A stretch of 64,000 bases of DNA from a virus (IMGVR_UViG_3300021963_004264:1-64000); one strand, 5' to 3'; shown: positions 9,655-19,041, numbered from the stretch's first letter. The notes: generated by a model not told the origin, from the letters alone. Numbers and translations are program-made.

Positions 9655-10737
9655 ATGAAAATATTTCTAGTAGAATTAGAACCAGTTGAAACTCGATATA
9701 CTGCTCAGTGGAAGAAATTTCTACCTGAGCAACTTTGTTCTGCAGGGTTTGATGTTGAGATTATTGCAGGGCCGGCGGATGCGCCGCAAGATACAACGCC
9801 AGGCGCATTTTTGAATTTTAGCGGTACTAACTATTGGAAGAGTGAACAACTTAAAACAATTTCTAAGATGTTTGCCGAAGGTAAGGTCAATGATGGTGAC
9901 TACTTCCTTTACACTGATGCTTGGAATCCAACTGTGTTACAGCTCAAGTATATGGCTGAACTACTAGGTGTTAAGATTAAGATCGGTGGTATGTGGCATG
10001 CCGGCAGTTATGATCCTGCAGACTTTTTAGGTAGATTGATTGGCAAAGCACCTTGGGTGCGTCATGCAGAAATGAGTATGTATGAATGCTTCGACGATAA
10101 TTTTTATGCCACAGATTTCCATATTGATATGTTTACAAATACATTCTGGAACGATGATAGAGATATCGATAGACAACTACTGCACAAGATTCGTAGAGTT
10201 GGTTGGCCTATGGAGTACTTAGAGCACAGTTTAGATGCTTATAAGAATTTAGAAAAGAAAAACTTAATTCTTTTTCCACATAGACTTGCGCCAGAAAAAC
10301 AAGTTGAAATTTTTGAAGATTTAGCAAAACATTTACCGCAGTATGATTTTGTTATTTGTCAAAATAAGAAATTAACAAAGCATGAATATCATACTTTACT
10401 AGGGCAGTCAAAGATGGTATTCTCTGCCAACTTGCAAGAAACATTAGGTATTAGTTGGTATGAGGGGGTGCTTGTAGATGCTATTCCTTTGATACCGGAT
10501 AGATTAAGTTACAGTGAAATGGCTATCGACAGTTTTAAATATCCGGCTGATTGGACTACAAATTACGAATCTTATTTAGAAAATAGAGAACATATTATTA
10601 ATAAAATTATTCAACTAATGGATAATTACGATAGTTTAAAAAATGATTTAACAACACAAAGAGAGAAATTATCTAATGACTTCTTTAGTGGAAATGCGCT
10701 TTACGAAGTCTTAAGGAGTAGGCAACATGGCAAATAA
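9655..10737 (+). CDS. GT-B fold glycosyltransferase (GT4-like)
   Basis: FPHRLAPEK, QETLGISWYEG (E-x7-E type motif), PDRLSYSE. Confidence 0.8.
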   Translation: MKIFLVELEPVETRYTAQWKKFLPEQLCSAGFDVEIIAGPADAPQDTTPGAFLNFSGTNYWKSEQLKTISKMFAEGKVNDGDYFLYTDAWNPTVLQLKYMAELLGVKIKIGGMWHAGSYDPADFLGRLIGKAPWVRHAEMSMYECFDDNFYATDFHIDMFTNTFWNDDRDIDRQLLHKIRRVGWPMEYLEHSLDAYKNLEKKNLILFPHRLAPEKQVEIFEDLAKHLPQYDFVICQNKKLTKHEYHTLLGQSKMVFSANLQETLGISWYEGVLVDAIPLIPDRLSYSEMAIDSFKYPADWTTNYESYLENREHIINKIIQLMDNYDSLKNDLTTQREKLSNDFFSGNALYEVLRSRQHGK

Positions 10738-11707
10738 AGAAACACAAAAAACAGTACTAGTTACAGGCGGCAGCGGATTTGTAGGCGGCATGGTATGTCG
10801 TTTGCTTGTTGATGCAGGTCATAATGTTATCAACGTTGATAGACGTAAAAAAGATATCGATGGTGTAACACAATATCCGTTTGATATTGATAATCATCAA
10901 TTAAAGGGTGTTATTCAATTAACTAAACCTGATACTATTATGCACTTTGCCGCTGATCATGAAGTTGCAAGAAGCGTTGAAGATCCAGGTACATACTATT
11001 GGAACAATGTTGCTAACACAATTGCGTTACTTAACCAAGCTGTTAAGGCTGGAGTAAAGAATTTCGTATTCAGTAGTAGTAGCACAGTTTATGGGTTGGT
11101 TGATGTATTCCCAACTCCAGAACCCACAGATAGAGATCCTGTTTCTCCATATGGTAAAACAAAGAAGATGGTAGAAGACATTCTTGTTGATTATCATAAA
11201 GCATATGGATTAAATTTTGCGGCTTTGAGGTACTTTAACGCCGCAGGTGCTGATCCATCTCTTAAACACGGCTATACACAAGATCCTGCCTCACACCTAG
11301 TACCTATCTTAGCTAGAGCCGCAATTGATAATTCAAAAGTACAAATTTTTGGCGATGATTATCCTACTAACGACGGTACCGCTGAACGAGATTACACCCA
11401 TGTATTTGATATTGCTACAGCACATTTGTCTGCTATGAATTATTTGCAAGATGGTGGCGACAGCGGAGCATTTAACATAGGCGCCGGCAATAGTGCATCT
11501 GTATTAGAAGTTGTTAATACATTTAATGCTGTTAACAATACTGATATTAAGTATGAGGTTGTGTCACGCAGACCGGGAGATGTTGCTAAAACATATGCTG
11601 ATATTACTAAAGCATCTGCGGCATTTGGTTGGTCGCCAATTTATAAATTAGATGACATCGTTAAACATTCGTATGAATGGGAAAAGAAAGTTCAAAAGGT
11701 CAAATAA
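10727..11707 (+). CDS. galE: UDP-glucose 4-epimerase
   Basis: TGGSGFVG, HFAA, FSSSSTVYG, YGKTK, LRYFNAAGA, RRPGD. Confidence 0.92.
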   Translation: MANKETQKTVLVTGGSGFVGGMVCRLLVDAGHNVINVDRRKKDIDGVTQYPFDIDNHQLKGVIQLTKPDTIMHFAADHEVARSVEDPGTYYWNNVANTIALLNQAVKAGVKNFVFSSSSTVYGLVDVFPTPEPTDRDPVSPYGKTKKMVEDILVDYHKAYGLNFAALRYFNAAGADPSLKHGYTQDPASHLVPILARAAIDNSKVQIFGDDYPTNDGTAERDYTHVFDIATAHLSAMNYLQDGGDSGAFNIGAGNSASVLEVVNTFNAVNNTDIKYEVVSRRPGDVAKTYADITKASAAFGWSPIYKLDDIVKHSYEWEKKVQKVK

Positions 11708-12166
11708 ATGCAAAAGTACGAATACCTTTCACACGAAGATATGAATGGTTATTATGCTGATGTAATTCGCAAACTAGCCAAAGACAATATAAAGCCGGAT
11801 GTAGTGTTTGCTCCTATGCGCGGCGGCGCCGATTTTGGAATTAAAGTAAGTAATTACTACGACATTCCATTTGAATCTATACAGTGGCAGACACGCAGTG
11901 GCAATGAACGTAATGTAGAACAGCTACAGTACCTATTCAAAAAATATGATCAACAGTGTATTTTAATTGTCGACGATATTTGTGATTCTGGTGCTACACT
12001 AAAAGAAATAGCAGAAGTAGCATTAACAATGGATCAAACAAATTTAATTTTTGCTGTTGCTATTGAAAACCTAGAAAGCCCATTTAGCTGTGATTACTCG
12101 TCTAGAGAAATTAGTCGTACAGAAGATACACAATGGTTCATTTTTCCATGGGAAAAATGGTGGTAA
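11708..12166 (+). CDS. Type I purine phosphoribosyltransferase (xanthine-guanine PRT-like)
   Basis: PMRGG, LIVDDICDSGATL PRPP motif, WFIFPWE. Confidence 0.88.
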   Translation: MQKYEYLSHEDMNGYYADVIRKLAKDNIKPDVVFAPMRGGADFGIKVSNYYDIPFESIQWQTRSGNERNVEQLQYLFKKYDQQCILIVDDICDSGATLKEIAEVALTMDQTNLIFAVAIENLESPFSCDYSSREISRTEDTQWFIFPWEKWW

Positions 12167-12190
12167 ATTTTATTGTTTGCCTAAATAACA

Positions 12191-12219
12191 TTGACAAAAC
12201 ATATTTTTGTCTATATAAT
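12191..12219 (+). promoter_or_regulatory. sigma70-like promoter TTGACA-N17-TATAAT
   Basis: Perfect consensus upstream of folE. Confidence 0.8.
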
Positions 12220-12261
12220 TAACTTACTAGACATCCACGTCTATAACTCGGAGATTTTAAC

Positions 12262-13071
12262 TTGACACAAAAATTTAAACTTGATAATTTAATAAACGGA
12301 GATCAAAGAGAACCGTTTAGGATAGACGAGCATGTTACATTAGAAAAAGGCGCCGGCGATATGAGCGATAAAAATTACGATGAAGGCTATCTAGCAGATG
12401 CTATTCGCTTTAAAATGAGGCGCGATAACAAACGTTTCTGGGCAGGTGACAATGTCTCAGATTATGTTACAGAAGATATTAAGCATAAACTAATTGACGA
12501 AGCTACTGAAGCTTTCGAGTTAGTATTAGATCGATTACTTATTGACCGTGATACCGATCCTAACAGTAAGGGTACTGCTCGTCGATTAGCTAAAATGTAC
12601 TTTAATGAAATAATGGCAGGAAGATATGAACCAGCACCAGACGCAACAGCGTTTCCAAATGACTCGGCGGACCGTTACGAAGGTATGCTGGTTGTTCGCA
12701 GTGAGCTTCGCAGTATGTGTAGCCATCATCACCAACCCGTTACTGGCGTTGCTTATATTGGTATTATTGCCGCCGAGAAACTTATCGGCCTCAGCAAGTA
12801 CACCCGTATCGCCCAGTGGTGCGCTAGACGTGGAACTCTCCAGGAGGAACTTGCTAATGACATTGCTAGGGAAATCGAAAAGGCCACCGGAGCAAAAAAC
12901 TTAGGTGTATATATTCAAGCAACACACGGTTGTTGTGAGAACCGAGGTATTATGGCACACAGTAGTTTAACACAGACTACTGTGCTTAAAGGTTCCTTCA
13001 AAGAAGATCCCGGCGCAAAGAAAGAGTTCTTTGACAACATTAAACTACAACAAGAATTTGCGCCAAGGTAA
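12262..13071 (+). CDS. folE: GTP cyclohydrolase I
   Basis: SMCSHH, IGLSKYTR, LQEEL, HGCCENRG; TTG start with GGAG upstream (alternative ATG at 12361). Confidence 0.95.
   Translation: MTQKFKLDNLINGDQREPFRIDEHVTLEKGAGDMSDKNYDEGYLADAIRFKMRRDNKRFWAGDNVSDYVTEDIKHKLIDEATEAFELVLDRLLIDRDTDPNSKGTARRLAKMYFNEIMAGRYEPAPDATAFPNDSADRYEGMLVVRSELRSMCSHHHQPVTGVAYIGIIAAEKLIGLSKYTRIAQWCARRGTLQEELANDIAREIEKATGAKNLGVYIQATHGCCENRGIMAHSSLTQTTVLKGSFKEDPGAKKEFFDNIKLQQEFAPR
12626..12904 (+). CDS. putative overprinted small membrane protein in the +1 frame of folE
   Basis: 92 codons with a ~29 aa hydrophobic stretch; AGGA just upstream; folE synonymous codons look atypical over this span. Confidence 0.45.
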   Translation: MNQHQTQQRFQMTRRTVTKVCWLFAVSFAVCVAIITNPLLALLILVLLPPRNLSASASTPVSPSGALDVELSRRNLLMTLLGKSKRPPEQKT

Positions 13072-13074
13072 GTT

Positions 13075-13614
13075 ATGATTAAAACTAAAGGACCACATAA
13101 CATCCACGTTATTGATAGAAATAACGTACCTATATCAGAAGTATGTGATTCAGTAGCTGATCATAAATCTATTGATTGGATTAAGAATAGATTTTTAGTT
13201 ACTGATGACGAAGTGTTTGAATGCCTTGACACATATGTTGATCTAACAGACAAAACACCATTTGTAATTAAGTTAAATTGTACTGCTGATCCCAACGGCT
13301 CAGATATTTACGGCATTGAGACAACTGAAATTAATGATAAAATGTATTTCAGTATATTAAACTATGGCCGTATATTTTTTGAAGCTGACTGTTTGCAAGA
13401 ACTGTTTACTTATTCTTTAAACTTAATTATTATCGAAGCAGTCCTAGATTTGAAGGATAGTACAGATAATGATCCTATGAGTATGCATAGTGTTGTATTA
13501 GATGCTTTTAGAGATTCATATGGTAACATCGATTCATCTAACATTACACATATTCTTGAGCAGTTAGATCATCAATCTTTAATGAGACAAATGAAACATG
13601 CAAAAACCAATTAA
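13075..13614 (+). CDS. hypothetical protein, possible N-terminal DUF433-like HTH
   Basis: 179 aa; VPISEV..SIDWIK..VTDDEVFECLDTY resembles the DUF433 pattern. Confidence 0.6.
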   Translation: MIKTKGPHNIHVIDRNNVPISEVCDSVADHKSIDWIKNRFLVTDDEVFECLDTYVDLTDKTPFVIKLNCTADPNGSDIYGIETTEINDKMYFSILNYGRIFFEADCLQELFTYSLNLIIIEAVLDLKDSTDNDPMSMHSVVLDAFRDSYGNIDSSNITHILEQLDHQSLMRQMKHAKTN

Positions 13615-14488
13615 ATACAGCGAACTATTCTATAGTGCTCAAGGCGAAGGAAAATATGTAGGTATTCCTAGTCTTTGGCTAAGATTTTTCCTTTGCAATT
13701 TACAGTGTAACGGGTTCGGTCAATGCGATCCAACAAATCCTGATACATATGAATTGCCGTTTGAAACAGTTGATATTAGCAATATCAAACGTGTTGAGGA
13801 TTTGCCTGTTTTTGAAAAGGGATGCGATAGCAGTTATACTTGGAGTAAACGCTACAGCCACCTTATTACAGAGCGTAGTGTCGAAGAAACTGTTGATAAT
13901 CTAACAGCACTATTACCAAACGGGACCTTTCAACATCCTAAGAGTTCTCAATGGGCGCATATGGTGTTTACTGGTGGCGAGCCTATGCTTAAGAAGTCTC
14001 AGGAAGGCATGATTGCTATTCTCAATGAGTTTGGTCGTAGACTTAACATGCCTAAGAATATCACAGTTGAAACTAATGGCACACAACCACTTACACCTGA
14101 ATTAGAACAGTTTATCACTGAATACTTTTGGAAGTATGGTGGAGATTGGTACTGGAGCGTAAGTCCTAAACTCTGGAGTACAGCAGGCGAGAAGCACAAC
14201 AGGGCTATCAAGCCAGATGTTCTTGCCTCATATGATCGTGTATCAAAGCACGGACAATTAAAGTTTGTTGTAAATGGTAGCAAGGAGAGCTGGCGGGAAG
14301 TAGAAGAAAATACGAAAATATTTCGTGATGCAGGCTGTAACTTTCCAGTATGGATTATGGGTGTTGGTGGTACGTTAGAAGGCCTCAAAATTACAGAAGC
14401 CATGATTGCAGACGAAGCAATACAGCGTGGGTATAACTATACAAGTCGTGTACATGTACACATTTATGGTAATGCAATTGGAAAATAA
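13598..14488 (+). CDS. queE: 7-carboxy-7-deazaguanine synthase (radical SAM)
   Basis: YSAQGEG..G.PS.WLR, CNLQC...CDS, TGGEP, ETNGT, SVSPK, VHVHIYG. Confidence 0.92.
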   Translation: MQKPIKYSELFYSAQGEGKYVGIPSLWLRFFLCNLQCNGFGQCDPTNPDTYELPFETVDISNIKRVEDLPVFEKGCDSSYTWSKRYSHLITERSVEETVDNLTALLPNGTFQHPKSSQWAHMVFTGGEPMLKKSQEGMIAILNEFGRRLNMPKNITVETNGTQPLTPELEQFITEYFWKYGGDWYWSVSPKLWSTAGEKHNRAIKPDVLASYDRVSKHGQLKFVVNGSKESWREVEENTKIFRDAGCNFPVWIMGVGGTLEGLKITEAMIADEAIQRGYNYTSRVHVHIYGNAIGK

Positions 14489-15050
14489 ACAATATAAAGT
14501 TTTTGAAAATTTATTTTCTAGTAATACTCTTAATATAATAGAGTCTTACGCTAAATTGCTACCAGGTGATAAAAGTAGCTACAATGTATGGCCTTCGGAA
14601 GCAACAAATAATAATACAGCGCCAGAATGTTTTACATGCGATATTTTAGGTAAAGATAGATTAGAAATTATCAATGAATTATATAATAATTCTACATTAC
14701 CATGCTATAAAAAAAGTTGGTTAAAAGATTGCGATATTGCAGTTCAAAAATTACCTATAGGCGGATATATACCTAAGCATACAGATCATTGTATTTTTAG
14801 CTTAACAGTATTTTTGTCAGCGCCGGTTGGCGGAGAGTTTGTTTGGTGGGACGAAAGCAATAACGAGCATGTTGTTACTCCTAAAGTTAACAATGCAGTA
14901 ATTGCATGTTATGAAAATTTTATTAGGGGTGCAAGTCACGAAGTTCGAAAAGTTAAGGATGATGTAAGATTTACATTGCAACTTTTTGTGTTTGATAAAA
15001 AAGAAAGAACAGCAGATAAATCTGTTGTTTGGGATATAGAGGAATCATAA
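14472..15050 (+). CDS. 2OG-Fe(II) oxygenase (prolyl-hydroxylase-like)
   Basis: HTD, GGEF, HEV..V...R.TL motifs; ATG 14472 overlaps the end of queE. Confidence 0.8.
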   Translation: MQLENKQYKVFENLFSSNTLNIIESYAKLLPGDKSSYNVWPSEATNNNTAPECFTCDILGKDRLEIINELYNNSTLPCYKKSWLKDCDIAVQKLPIGGYIPKHTDHCIFSLTVFLSAPVGGEFVWWDESNNEHVVTPKVNNAVIACYENFIRGASHEVRKVKDDVRFTLQLFVFDKKERTADKSVVWDIEES

Positions 15051-15052
15051 AA

Positions 15053-15541
15053 ATGAAAATACCATTTTGGATGCTACCTGCTAGTTGGGGGCTAAAAGGA
15101 AAAACTAGAGAAATTGCCGAAGCTGAATATTATCACGAAGGGCAAGAACTTGAGGAAAAACTAGCAGAAATTAATGCTACTACACCTGAAGAAAAAGAAA
15201 TTGCTAAATTAGCAGTTAAGCTCAAACATGAAGAAATTAGTCAAGATGCTTATGATAAAGCAGTTGCAACAATTAAAAAAGAACCTTGGGTTAATGTAGT
15301 TAAAATGGGTGTAAATCCAACTAATGTTACTCAAGGATTCTTTGAACTTGATTGGAACGAAGAATTTATTGTTATGCTACAAGAAGCAGGCATTGAAGGT
15401 ATGAGTGATGAAGAAATCGTTAACAAATGGTTCAACGGTGTATGCAAAACTGTACTACTGCAAGAAAAAGCAGATTTAGATTTTGGATTGGAAGAGGCGG
15501 CTCGAGAAGATGTCCAGTACACAAGAAAGAGCCAAGATTAA
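15053..15541 (+). CDS. hypothetical phage protein
   Basis: GAGGA RBS; EPWV..GFFELDWN..F block. Confidence 0.75.
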   Translation: MKIPFWMLPASWGLKGKTREIAEAEYYHEGQELEEKLAEINATTPEEKEIAKLAVKLKHEEISQDAYDKAVATIKKEPWVNVVKMGVNPTNVTQGFFELDWNEEFIVMLQEAGIEGMSDEEIVNKWFNGVCKTVLLQEKADLDFGLEEAAREDVQYTRKSQD

Positions 15542-15743
15542 ATTGGCACACCTCATGGCAGAGGTGCAACCAATTATTGATAAACATATCTCCGATTTAA
15601 GTTCTCCGGAGATAGATTATATCTTGACAAATTATCGAAAGTATCTTAAAATAGACATAGAGAGAGACTTAGAAAAGGCAAGAACTACTAAGTTAACTTC
15701 AAGTCCGTTAGATGATATTTTAAATGGTGAGATAAATGGCTAA
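15510..15743 (+). CDS. hypothetical protein
   Basis: 77 aa ORF overlapping both neighbours. Confidence 0.6.
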   Translation: MSSTQERAKIKLAHLMAEVQPIIDKHISDLSSPEIDYILTNYRKYLKIDIERDLEKARTTKLTSSPLDDILNGEING

Positions 15744-16746
15744 TTATATTCTAGTTGATACACTTAATATGTTTTTCCGTGCCAAGCATGTAGGCGGTGG
15801 CAAGGACATTGACATGCGTGTAGGCATGGCGATGCATATTATGTTTAATAGTGTTAAGAAGGCTTGGCGAGACTTTAATGGAGATCACGTCGTGTTCTGC
15901 CTCGAAGGTCGTAGCTGGCGTAAGGACTTTTATCCGCAGTATAAAGCTAACCGTAAAGTAATTGCAGATAAACGTAGTCCTAGAGAAATTGAAGACGATG
16001 CATTGTTCTTTGAAGCATACGAAGACATTGTTAAATACTTTAACGATAAGACTAATTGTAGTGTTATTCGTTGCCCTAACGCAGAAGCCGATGATCTTAT
16101 TGCTACATGGATACAAACACACCCAGATGATAACCATATTATTGTCAGCACAGACAGTGATTTTTACCAGTTATTGGCACATAACGTAAAACAGTATAAC
16201 GGTACTACAGATGAGATTGTTGCGTTAGAAGGTGTCACGAATGCTAAAACTGGTAAAGCTGTGATTGATAAAAAGACTGGCAAGCCTAAGAGTGTAGGTG
16301 ACCCTGCGTTTATTTTGTTTGAGAAATGTGTACGCGGTGATCCTACAGATAACGTCTTTAGTGCGTTTCCTGGTGCACGACTAAAGGGTACTAAGAACAA
16401 GACTGGTATTACAGAAGCGTTTGAAGACCGTGAACGTGGCGGATATAATTTCAACAACTTCATGCTACAGCGTTGGGTTGACCATGAGGATGTAGAGCAT
16501 CGTGTGCGCGATGACTATGACCGTAATCGCATACTCATTGATCTTACTGCACAACCCGATGACGTTAAAGAAGCATGTCGAACTATTATACGCGATGCCG
16601 TCAATAAACCTCATGTAGGGCAAGTCGGTATTCACTTTATGAAGTTTTGTTCAAAGTGGAATATGCAACGACTTAGTGAGAATCCAACCGAGTTTGCAGA
16701 AATACTGGGTAAAGGAATAACTGATTCTAAAATGGTAGATGCATGA
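15736..16746 (+). CDS. rnh: T4 RNase H / 5'-3' flap exonuclease
   Basis: ILVD, SWRKDFYPQYKANR, EADD, STDSDF.QL, GDPTDNV. Confidence 0.92.
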   Translation: MANYILVDTLNMFFRAKHVGGGKDIDMRVGMAMHIMFNSVKKAWRDFNGDHVVFCLEGRSWRKDFYPQYKANRKVIADKRSPREIEDDALFFEAYEDIVKYFNDKTNCSVIRCPNAEADDLIATWIQTHPDDNHIIVSTDSDFYQLLAHNVKQYNGTTDEIVALEGVTNAKTGKAVIDKKTGKPKSVGDPAFILFEKCVRGDPTDNVFSAFPGARLKGTKNKTGITEAFEDRERGGYNFNNFMLQRWVDHEDVEHRVRDDYDRNRILIDLTAQPDDVKEACRTIIRDAVNKPHVGQVGIHFMKFCSKWNMQRLSENPTEFAEILGKGITDSKMVDA

Positions 16747-17789
16747 TAGTCGAACACTACGGCGACCCTTATTCAGCTATTACACAAACCCTTGGCCAAT
16801 TGTCATGTCAAAATATCGACCCTTTGAAAAGAGTTGGTATTATAAATTGGTGGTGGTTAAATAACGATGAAAGTATGTTAGACAATCTAAAATCTTTTGT
16901 CGAACGTCAAGATATATGTTTTTTTCTAAGCGAAGAAATTTTTGGTAAATTTTCTAATATAGATATAAATGATGTTTTTACATTGCTTAATAAGTATAAT
17001 GTTTACTATATTTTATTTTCTGAGGACAATACACTTTCTGTAAAACCTCTAGATAGTAAATCTTTTTACTCTCCGTGGTTCTATAAATCCCCATTGTTTG
17101 TACCATCTACTTTTCGACCGGATATAATTTATAGAGAAAAACCTTACGTATTTAATTTAATGTTAGGATCTAAAAAATCTTATCGAACACTAAGTTTTAA
17201 ATATCTAAAAGACAATAATAAAATTTATTCCTCTTACCTAGGCCATCCTCAATTTAAAAACGATTCTTCAACATTTTTAGACGATGAAGATATACAGCAT
17301 AACTTAATTAATCAAAATGTTGAAGTTGAAAAACTCAATACTATGAATCAAGTGAAAAGAGAAAATCAACAATGTACTATATCACATGTCATCCCAGAAA
17401 GAATATATACAAATACTCATTTTGATATTGTTACCGAAACTTTTGTAAAAAACGATCACAATTTTCTCACTGAAAAAACAGCAAAGCCTCTAGCCACAGG
17501 AAGATTTTTTTGTTGGTATGCATCCCGAGCACTTACATCATATTTAGGACGATATGGGTTTGACTTTACTAACTATCCAGCTGATTATGATAATATATCC
17601 AACGATGTAGATAGATTTGATTCATTTTTAAGTGTTGTTGAGGAGATAACTTCAAGTCAGTCACTGTTAGAAGATATCTATGAAAAGACTATGCAATCTA
17701 GAAGACATAATATGAGTGTTTACTGGAAAGGTAGAAAAAAAATTTATAATAATTTATATAGCTGGATGTTAGAATGCATTCAGACGTAA
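16743..17789 (+). CDS. hypothetical glycosyltransferase-like protein (IVTET..TEKT family)
   Basis: FDIVTET, FLTEKTAKP, GFD..YD motifs shared with 40073 and 43824; AT-rich. Confidence 0.55.
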   Translation: MIVEHYGDPYSAITQTLGQLSCQNIDPLKRVGIINWWWLNNDESMLDNLKSFVERQDICFFLSEEIFGKFSNIDINDVFTLLNKYNVYYILFSEDNTLSVKPLDSKSFYSPWFYKSPLFVPSTFRPDIIYREKPYVFNLMLGSKKSYRTLSFKYLKDNNKIYSSYLGHPQFKNDSSTFLDDEDIQHNLINQNVEVEKLNTMNQVKRENQQCTISHVIPERIYTNTHFDIVTETFVKNDHNFLTEKTAKPLATGRFFCWYASRALTSYLGRYGFDFTNYPADYDNISNDVDRFDSFLSVVEEITSSQSLLEDIYEKTMQSRRHNMSVYWKGRKKIYNNLYSWMLECIQT

Positions 17790-18007
17790 CTAAATGGACC
17801 GAAACTGAAAAAGCGTTTTGGATTTTAGAACACGGCGAGCCTGACTATGCTTGGATATTTGAACGCAACGGTGATATAGTTTATCGCAGACCGTTTGCCG
17901 CACCAGGATCAAAATTGCCTCCATGGGTAAGCACAGAAAGAGAAGAAGTAACTAACAAACTTGTTGGAAAACAAATTGATTTAATTATACTGGATGAAAT
18001 GAAATGA
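17774..18007 (+). CDS. hypothetical protein
   Basis: 77 aa ORF overlapping both neighbours. Confidence 0.6.
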   Translation: MHSDVTKWTETEKAFWILEHGEPDYAWIFERNGDIVYRRPFAAPGSKLPPWVSTEREEVTNKLVGKQIDLIILDEMK

Positions 18008-18306
18008 ATGTAATTACTAAAGAAGAGCACCCGTTTGATACCGAGCAAGGAAAAACTTGGTTACGAGATATGCTACACATGGGTCCTATGACTGTAACAT
18101 TTACCAAAAAGGATGGTGAAGAACGTGTAATGACTTGCACGTTAAAAGAGGTTGATATTCCCATTGAATCGCGCCCTAAAGTGTTAGCTGAAGGCGAAAC
18201 ACCTAAAAAACGTAACGATAACACTATTAGTGTTTGGGATTTGAACGCAAATGGCTGGCGCAGTTTTGTACTAGCTAACGTAAAAAGAGTTGAATTTTCT
18301 CTGTGA
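18004..18306 (+). CDS. WYL-2/Sm-like SH3 beta-barrel protein
   Basis: VTFTKKDGEERVMTCTL ... VWDLNANGWRSF. Confidence 0.8.
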   Translation: MNVITKEEHPFDTEQGKTWLRDMLHMGPMTVTFTKKDGEERVMTCTLKEVDIPIESRPKVLAEGETPKKRNDNTISVWDLNANGWRSFVLANVKRVEFSL

Positions 18307-18329
18307 TAAATAATATCACAGAACAACAC

Positions 18330-18860
18330 ATGGATAACATTATGACACACGAAAAAGCAGTTCTACAACAAATATCAGATGTAGCATGGTTAGTACACCA
18401 AGGGCCTAGCAAACTAGGCATTCTTAACAAAGATGTACAAGAACACTACACATACATCACTGGTAAAGAATTAGTAAAATTTAACGACCAAGATGCAGTA
18501 GTTGAACATTTTGGAAATTTAAAACTATTCACCGAAATTGTTAATGTACCTACTCAGACCTCCGAAAAGATTTTTATTAAAGGTTTTGAAGTAGACCACG
18601 AAAATCCTATTATTATCGACTCTACTCACCCAGATTTCCGAGATGACTTACCTATCTATGCAAAAGTAGAGGGTAAAGGAATTTACTATGCAGCCGGATA
18701 TTATTGCATTCAGTTTGAAAAAGGTTGGAAAAAGTCTCACGGTCCAAAACTAGCAACACTGCTCAGATATGGATACGAAGGCCCATATAAAACAGAAATA
18801 GAAATGCGTCAGCGTCTAAAAGAATTAAACAAGAAAAAGCGAAAGAATGACAGAGCGTGA
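18330..18860 (+). CDS. hypothetical phage protein
   Basis: YAAGYYCI, YEGPYKT; downstream of late promoter TGATAAATA (18304-18312); start uncertain (18303, 18330 or 18342). Confidence 0.7.
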   Translation: MDNIMTHEKAVLQQISDVAWLVHQGPSKLGILNKDVQEHYTYITGKELVKFNDQDAVVEHFGNLKLFTEIVNVPTQTSEKIFIKGFEVDHENPIIIDSTHPDFRDDLPIYAKVEGKGIYYAAGYYCIQFEKGWKKSHGPKLATLLRYGYEGPYKTEIEMRQRLKELNKKKRKNDRA

Positions 18861-19041
18861 AAAGTTAATTTTGCACTTGCAAAATCTTGCTAAATCTAAG
18901 ACAAAGAGTGCAACATTCGATGTTTTGTTTTTACTTGGTGTTTTAAATGCGCTACCTAAAGAACAACCCAAACCAATTGTACCAAGATTTGATAAAATTG
19001 GGCTCGACGTAGACGGCGGCAGTTTTAGCGATGCAGACTGA
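18847..19041 (+). CDS. hypothetical protein
   Basis: 64 aa, ends with DGGSF, overlaps neighbours. Confidence 0.6.
   Translation: MTEREKLILHLQNLAKSKTKSATFDVLFLLGVLNALPKEQPKPIVPRFDKIGLDVDGGSFSDAD

Noticed and set aside
12221-12262. THF-II (folE) or preQ1 riboswitch upstream of folE
   Set aside because: The leader is only ~35 nt with a single 5 bp hairpin and does not match the aptamer patterns I recall. An Rfam search would settle it.
18300-18322. Inverted repeat TCTGTGATA/TATCACAGA as a terminator
   Set aside because: It is AT-rich with no U-tract and surrounds a late promoter motif. It does not cover an RBS, so its function is unclear.
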